Shown here piece after piece: positions 59,103 to 64,000 of a stretch of 64,000 nucleotides of DNA; the stretch's first letter is position 1; each line of letters opens with the position of its first letter. The stretch covers positions 1,615 through 65,614 of the forward strand of contig JAUWGW010000007.1 of the NCBI GenBank assembly GCA_030606215.1, in the 5' to 3' direction. The position numbers and the translations under genes are program-made. The notes beneath the pieces are model-generated. The model did not search any database and had not been told where the DNA came from. It saw only the letters and a list, made by a program, of their open reading frames with translations. The DNA is from a bacterium (lineage in GTDB: Bacteria; NPL-UPA2; JAUVJM01).

Positions 59103-59139
59103 CAGCTTTGTTGTCATTGTGAATGAAGTGAATCAATCT
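59098..59139. repeat. TGTCATT-family repeat remnants
   Basis: aatgaca (contains the upstream gene's TGA), then tgtcattgtgaatgaagtgaatcaatct. Confidence 0.6.
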
Positions 59140-59156
59140 TAGAGGAGGGAAAAATT

Positions 59157-59573
59157 ATGGCAGAAGAAATTTCTCAGGAAAAAGAAAAACCCAGGATGCA
59201 TGGTTGTTTGAAGGGATGTTTAATCTTTCTGGGAGTATGTGTATTGGCATTCGTTGTAATGGTGGGTGTTGTCTATTACAAAGGGGAAGCCATTAAGACG
59301 TGGGCTGTTGAAAGGACGTTTGATACAATAGAGACAAGGTTTATGGATAATCTCCCGGAAGGTGTTGACAAAGAAGAAGTCAAGGAAACGCTGGAGCGTT
59401 TAAAAATAGTGGTCATTGAGGGGGAACTTTCAAGGAACGAAGTGAAAAAAATGCTGTCTGAATTTGAACGAGCGATGGAAGATGAGAAACTGGATGCTGA
59501 TGAAATCAATCATCTCCTTGAGGTAATTAATGAAGCTATAGAGCAAGGTTTCCCTGAAACAAGTTCAATATAG
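59157..59573 (+). CDS. Hypothetical single-TM acidic helical protein
   Basis: RBS gaggagg; GCLKGCLIF before the TM helix. Confidence 0.75.
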   Translation: MAEEISQEKEKPRMHGCLKGCLIFLGVCVLAFVVMVGVVYYKGEAIKTWAVERTFDTIETRFMDNLPEGVDKEEVKETLERLKIVVIEGELSRNEVKKMLSEFERAMEDEKLDADEINHLLEVINEAIEQGFPETSSI

Positions 59574-59589
59574 TATGGAGGTTGGTGAA

Positions 59590-60453
59590 ATGGAAGATAC
59601 GATAACTGCTGTAGTGCCTGTGTATAATGAAGAGGAGGCATTACGAGAAGTAATTGAAAAATTAAAGGTTGTGTTAAGCCAGGGCCAGTTCAAGTATGAA
59701 ATTATTGTAGTTGATGACGGTTCCAGTGATGGGACTTCCGAGATCTTAAGCAAGATTGATGGGATTCAGGTAGTTACTCACCCAACCAACTCGGGATATG
59801 GTAAAGCGTTGAAAACAGGTATAAGTCGTGCGAAAGGAAATTGGATCCTCATCATTGATGCTGATGGAAGCTATGAGGCAGGAGATGTGCCTGAGTTATT
59901 GGAACGCAGGAAGGAATGCGACATGGTGATTGGTTTAAGAAGAGGGAGAAAAACTTATGATTCACTTCTGAGAAAGCCGGCAAAGTGGTTTCTTAATAAA
60001 CTTGCAGGTTATCTCGCTGGAATAAACATTCCTGATTTGAATTCAGGATTGAGGGTGTTTAGAAAAGACCTCGCTCTCAAGTTCTGGCATCTTTTCCCGG
60101 ACCGTTTCTCTTTTACTACTACATTGACAATGTGTTTTTTAGCCAGCGGCCATACTATAGAATATGTAAACATAAATTACCTGAAGAGAATTGGCAAATC
60201 AAAGATCATGCCATCTAACTTTTTACAGTTCATAAACCTTGTGATTAGACTTGTGATCTATTTTGAACCGCTGAAAATTTTTGTTCCGGTGAGTCTTATT
60301 ATTTTCCTGCTCGGGGTCTTTTTTGCGCTTTATAGTTTTTTCTATCTTGATAGAATCATGGATGTTACGGTGGTAGTGCTTCTCCTTACATCCTTACAGA
60401 TCTTTTTCTTCGGGCTGCTTGCTGAACTAATAGTTAAAAGGTCGAGCAAATAG
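59590..60453 (+). CDS. GT2 polyprenyl-phosphate glycosyltransferase (DPM1-like)
   Basis: VPVYNEE, VDDGSSD, GYGKAL, IDADG, DLNSGLR, two C-terminal TM helices; start 59590 or 59575. Confidence 0.88.
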   Translation: MEDTITAVVPVYNEEEALREVIEKLKVVLSQGQFKYEIIVVDDGSSDGTSEILSKIDGIQVVTHPTNSGYGKALKTGISRAKGNWILIIDADGSYEAGDVPELLERRKECDMVIGLRRGRKTYDSLLRKPAKWFLNKLAGYLAGINIPDLNSGLRVFRKDLALKFWHLFPDRFSFTTTLTMCFLASGHTIEYVNINYLKRIGKSKIMPSNFLQFINLVIRLVIYFEPLKIFVPVSLIIFLLGVFFALYSFFYLDRIMDVTVVVLLLTSLQIFFFGLLAELIVKRSSK

Positions 60454-62150
60454 TGGGATATAATTCCGAGCTACGCAATGTATATGCCATAAAGGCTCTG
60501 TCTCAGATAAATCGCCTCCTTGGTCTTCAGGACCGAAATTCGTTTTCTCCTACCTACGGATGTTTTCATCGTGACTACTGGTTGTATAAAACCTCTGATT
60601 TTCCAGATGCTGTGCGGCAGTTTGGTGTTCATGCATTAGCCATGGTTTACAAATATGACTTTCCAGAGAACATTTACAGAGGGAATCAAAGAGTGAGGGA
60701 TTGGGCGATTGCAGGACTTAGCTTCTGGACAAATATCCAGCATAAAGACGGCTCTTTTGATGAATTTTATCCTTATGAGCGGGGTTGGGTTGGACCAACA
60801 GCGTTTACTACCTTTGCATGTATTGAAGCTTATCAGATATTAAAGGATGAAATTCCAAAAGATGCGAGCAGAAACATAATTTCAGCTATCCGTCGAGCAG
60901 CCTGTTTCATAGCTCGGGGTGAGGCAGAAAAGGATGACCTTGCCAACCACCACGCTATGGCTTGCCTGGCACTATGGAAAGCATATGAGCTTCTGTCAGA
61001 TGACAATCTGAGAATTGGTTTTGATAAGGCGTGGAAGAATTTCCTTTCTTATCACAATAGTGAAGAGGGATGGTCACGGGAATATGATGGAGTTGACCCG
61101 GGCTATCTTTCAGCTACCGTCTCATTCCTTGGCAAGATTTATCAGACAAATCCTGCCACGGAAATACTTGATGTGCTTCACCAGTCAGTTAAATTCTGCA
61201 GTTTTTTTCTTTACCCGGATGGTTTTTATGGCGGAAGTCTCGGCAGCCGTAACACGCTGCATTTTTATCCTCATGGTTTTGAAATTCTGGCGGGTAAGAT
61301 TCCGCTGGCAGCGTCAATTGCGGAAGCAGGGCTGCGCGCATTGGCTGAAGGGAAATTGGTGCCGCCTGAGATTATGTCCGACAGATATGTTTTTTATCGT
61401 GTGCCTGAATTTTTGCAAGCTTATCTGGATTATTCACCAAGACCGGTTGAATTGTCTCCTTTACCTTACGAAGAAACTTCTTTTGTTCATTATTTTCCTG
61501 GGGCAGGCATCTTCGTCGCTGCCAGAGACAAAAATTATATAGTTGCCAACCTTTCTAAGGGAGGCGTGGTCAAAATCTTTGACCGTGAGCGTAAAAAGAT
61601 ACTCCTTAATGATTGTGGGATAATTGGGTGTTTATCCAACGGTAAAGCTGTGACATCGCAGTGGATAGACTTAGGATACTCACGCAGTGTGGATGGTATG
61701 AGTTGGGAGGTAACCGGTTATATGAATGAGGTGCCATCAAATAAACTGTTGACTCCCTTAAAGAATATAGTTTTCAGGATGGTGCTGGTAGCTTTAGGGT
61801 GGAATCCTCGTCTATCCCACATACTTAAAGGCAGGATTCGCAGTGCACTCATTCTTGGCTGCCGTAGAGCGCCGGTTTGGTTCAAGCGCTCTTTCTCCAT
61901 GAATGGTAATGGGGTGGTAATAACAAATGAATTGAATCTGGAGGGTAATGCGCGGTTTCAAACATTATCGATAGGTGGAGAATTCTCTGTGCGTTATGTT
62001 CCACAAAGCAGGTATTTTCAAAGTCAGGAACTTTGTTCTCCAAACGGGGAGCTGAACCGGGAAGAGATAGATAGATTTAACAGAAGTAAGACAATAAAGG
62101 TAAATTGTGTGCTGGCACCTGATACTACTTTGCATTGGACAATTAGATGA
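60453..62150 (+). CDS. Uncharacterised protein, probable alpha/alpha-toroid plus beta domain
   Basis: 565 aa; recurring DGSF/EGW.EY/DGFYGG helical-repeat motifs; function not recognised. Confidence 0.65.
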   Translation: MGYNSELRNVYAIKALSQINRLLGLQDRNSFSPTYGCFHRDYWLYKTSDFPDAVRQFGVHALAMVYKYDFPENIYRGNQRVRDWAIAGLSFWTNIQHKDGSFDEFYPYERGWVGPTAFTTFACIEAYQILKDEIPKDASRNIISAIRRAACFIARGEAEKDDLANHHAMACLALWKAYELLSDDNLRIGFDKAWKNFLSYHNSEEGWSREYDGVDPGYLSATVSFLGKIYQTNPATEILDVLHQSVKFCSFFLYPDGFYGGSLGSRNTLHFYPHGFEILAGKIPLAASIAEAGLRALAEGKLVPPEIMSDRYVFYRVPEFLQAYLDYSPRPVELSPLPYEETSFVHYFPGAGIFVAARDKNYIVANLSKGGVVKIFDRERKKILLNDCGIIGCLSNGKAVTSQWIDLGYSRSVDGMSWEVTGYMNEVPSNKLLTPLKNIVFRMVLVALGWNPRLSHILKGRIRSALILGCRRAPVWFKRSFSMNGNGVVITNELNLEGNARFQTLSIGGEFSVRYVPQSRYFQSQELCSPNGELNREEIDRFNRSKTIKVNCVLAPDTTLHWTIR

Positions 62151-63082
62151 TGGAGTTATCAAAACTTAGCGGGTGGAGACAGCGTAAAACGGTAGTGCGT
62201 GGCATAGTGCTATTTGCACTAACAGCCGGGATATTCCTTTTGTTGTTCAGGCGAATTAATCTGAGGTTGGTTCTTTCAACACTGAAAGAAATTTCGCCTG
62301 TTTACCTTGGATTGGCAACATTACTTACTTTATCTTTTCCTGTAATATCAGCACTGCGTTGGCAGATGATTCTAAGAACTATGGGACACAAAGTTGCATT
62401 CACTCGCTGCCTGCTAATCATTGTTGGTGTTTGGCCGATAAGTGCCATCTCGCCATCCAGAATAGGGGATCTTCTTAAGGTATATAGTCTGCGGCAGAGT
62501 GTTGATGCTTTGACGGTAACCGGCAGTGTGATTGCGGAACGTACCTTTGATATAATAGTGCTGGCCAGTCTTGCTCTATTCGGTGGTATCTTTTTTCGAA
62601 ACACGTATATAGTTTCCATATCAGCGGCTGTGTTTCTTCTTATCATCGTGGGTTTTCTACTCATACGTATTGACTTTCCCTTCCCCGGGAAAAAGAAGAT
62701 TCAGGTGAGAATCAATGAGCTATTCAATTCACTGCGGAAGATTGGCAAGAATTCAGGAGTACTTATTTTGATTATACTGCTAACAGTTGTCAATTGGTTT
62801 TCTTCAATTGTGCAGACAAAGGTTTTGTTTGAAGGAGTGGGAGCTAATGTTCCCTTGGGCTTCACTTTAGCGGCGCTGCCCGTGGCAATCTTTATAGGAC
62901 TACTTCCGATAACCATTGCGGGGATGGGGACAAGGGATGCGGCAATGATATCCTTATTTTCCGCTTTTGCAAGCAGTCATGAGACGCTTGCAGTAGCACT
63001 ACTTTACTCGTTTTTTGGTTACTGGCTTATGTCCATCATTGGCCTGCCGTTTATAAGAAAAGCACTGCAATTCAGGCGGTGA
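62147..63082 (+). CDS. Flippase-like membrane protein (LPG synthase TM / UPF0104 family)
   Basis: LRW, PSRIGDLLK, ERTFD, PITIAGMGTRD motifs. Confidence 0.88.
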   Translation: MMELSKLSGWRQRKTVVRGIVLFALTAGIFLLLFRRINLRLVLSTLKEISPVYLGLATLLTLSFPVISALRWQMILRTMGHKVAFTRCLLIIVGVWPISAISPSRIGDLLKVYSLRQSVDALTVTGSVIAERTFDIIVLASLALFGGIFFRNTYIVSISAAVFLLIIVGFLLIRIDFPFPGKKKIQVRINELFNSLRKIGKNSGVLILIILLTVVNWFSSIVQTKVLFEGVGANVPLGFTLAALPVAIFIGLLPITIAGMGTRDAAMISLFSAFASSHETLAVALLYSFFGYWLMSIIGLPFIRKALQFRR

Positions 63083-63118
63083 TAAGATATGGAACAGCTT
63101 TCACATCTTTCTATTCTT

Positions 63119-64000
63119 TTAGTCTGCAGTCTGTTCTAAAGATATCCATCCAGAAGGTTCCCCTTTTTCTTCAATCTTTGATATTAAGGATTCCAACCCA
63201 TCCGGGATTGGAGTGATAGTCATCTCATTGAAGGTAATTTGTGATTTTTCTCCCGCATCCTGAGACTTAAGTTCTACCCTGATTCTATTAACATTCCGTG
63301 ACAGGTTCATCTCAACCTCGTGGGAGAAGTTGCCTTTGGCATCTACATATGCGTAGGGGTGGGGCTTGTCCCCACCATGGGCGACCGCAAGGGTCGCCCC
63401 TACGCCGCACAACTCCTTACGTTCTGAGATGTCAAGTATAGTTATTGTTCCTCTGGAGCGGGGTTTACCAGTGCCAGTGATATGGAAACGATACATTCCT
63501 TTTGCAAGGTCTAAAGAGGTTGGGAGCTTTTTCTTGATTTCTATGGACCAGGACAATTCCTCCTGAGTTTTATCCCTGCCTTCGGCAGGCGGGAACCCAT
63601 GAACAAGATACCTGTAGAGTCCTCTCCCCAATGGCGGGTGCGCAATAGCACCCCTATTGTGTTTCCCCACACAATTTGTACTCGTATTCCAGGGGATAGG
63701 GGAGGGAGTATCAAAATGTGTCTTCATCCATCCAGCGCTGACAAATATCCAGAGAATAGTGAGTGCCATTCCTGTGAACATGAACCTCATTCTTCCTCTG
63801 CCCTCTTTGAGCAGTAAAAGCACCCAGAACAGGGCGAGCAATGCAAAACTCACAGTTACTGCCCCAACATGTGTCCATGGGAAATTGTGGAAGCTTCTGC
63901 CAAATCCAGGGAGGTGAAAACAGACAGTGCGAAATCTCTGCTCTAATAGTGGCAGATGACGGATTGGAAGTCCGAGCCCACCGGGGTTCACGATAAAAAA
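63119..64000 (-). CDS. Membrane protein C-terminal part (5' beyond window) carrying several in-frame palindromic inserts
   Basis: Frame open to the window edge; two TM helices, then a beta-rich domain. Confidence 0.65.
   Translation of the reverse strand, partial: FFIVNPGGLGLPIRHLPLLEQRFRTVCFHLPGFGRSFHNFPWTHVGAVTVSFALLALFWVLLLLKEGRGRMRFMFTGMALTILWIFVSAGWMKTHFDTPSPIPWNTSTNCVGKHNRGAIAHPPLGRGLYRYLVHGFPPAEGRDKTQEELSWSIEIKKKLPTSLDLAKGMYRFHITGTGKPRSRGTITILDISERKELCGVGATLAVAHGGDKPHPYAYVDAKGNFSHEVEMNLSRNVNRIRVELKSQDAGEKSQITFNEMTITPIPDGLESLISKIEEKGEPSGWISLEQTAD
63351..63405. repeat. GTAG-type REP doublet inside CDS
   Basis: gcgtagggg...cccctacgc termini enclose two hairpins: ggtgggg-cttgt-ccccacc and gggcgacc-gcaag-ggtcgccc. 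Confidence 0.85.

Noticed and set aside
61015..61542. 175 aa alternative-frame ORF inside the 565 aa gene
   Set aside because: Fully nested, no RBS or motif; likely a shadow ORF.
63689..63708. Purine-rich tract in the last gene as a fifth insert
   Set aside because: No clear complementary arm; not counted.
1..64000. CRISPR array, tRNA/rRNA, riboswitch, integrase, transposase or RAYT gene
   Set aside because: No regularly spaced repeats, cloverleaf or recombinase motifs seen by eye; covariance-model scans were not possible, so small RNAs could be missed.

Overview
64 kb of bacterial chromosome, mostly AT-leaning (judged by eye). The host is a diderm, LPS-producing and probably anaerobic organism (Rnf, DUF39 homocysteine route). 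A PVC-adjacent or other candidate-phylum origin is only my inference. Left to right: (1) a 14 kb sugar/cyclitol cluster (AKR, two Gfo/Idh/MocA, Ino1-like, PfkB, split transketolase, GH42-like, two UroD-fold proteins, DegT aminotransferase, fucose/arabinose isomerase-like); (2) mazEF-thiE-thiC; (3) a minus-strand block rnfD-G-E-A-[SDR-UbiA-PHP]-rnfB-lgt-[TPR-LysM-L,D-transpeptidase]-lnt, without rnfC; (4) a lipid A/core/ABC-type O-antigen cluster with two radical SAM + methyltransferase pairs; (5) map and an archaeal-type homocysteine trio; (6) a 2.7 kb islet between diverged 63-64 bp direct repeats; (7) carAB, where CarA lacks its Cys-His-Glu triad; (8) comEA flanked by two highly basic microproteins (54 and 32 aa) that the ORF track missed; (9) a GT-C/GT2/flippase glycosylation locus. 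The most striking sequence-level signal is several unrelated families of short palindromic REP-like elements. They sit in-frame inside protein-coding genes (at least four in the last gene alone) or overlap stop codons. I recognised no rRNA, tRNA, CRISPR array, integrase or transposase. All family calls come from motif recognition, not database searches.
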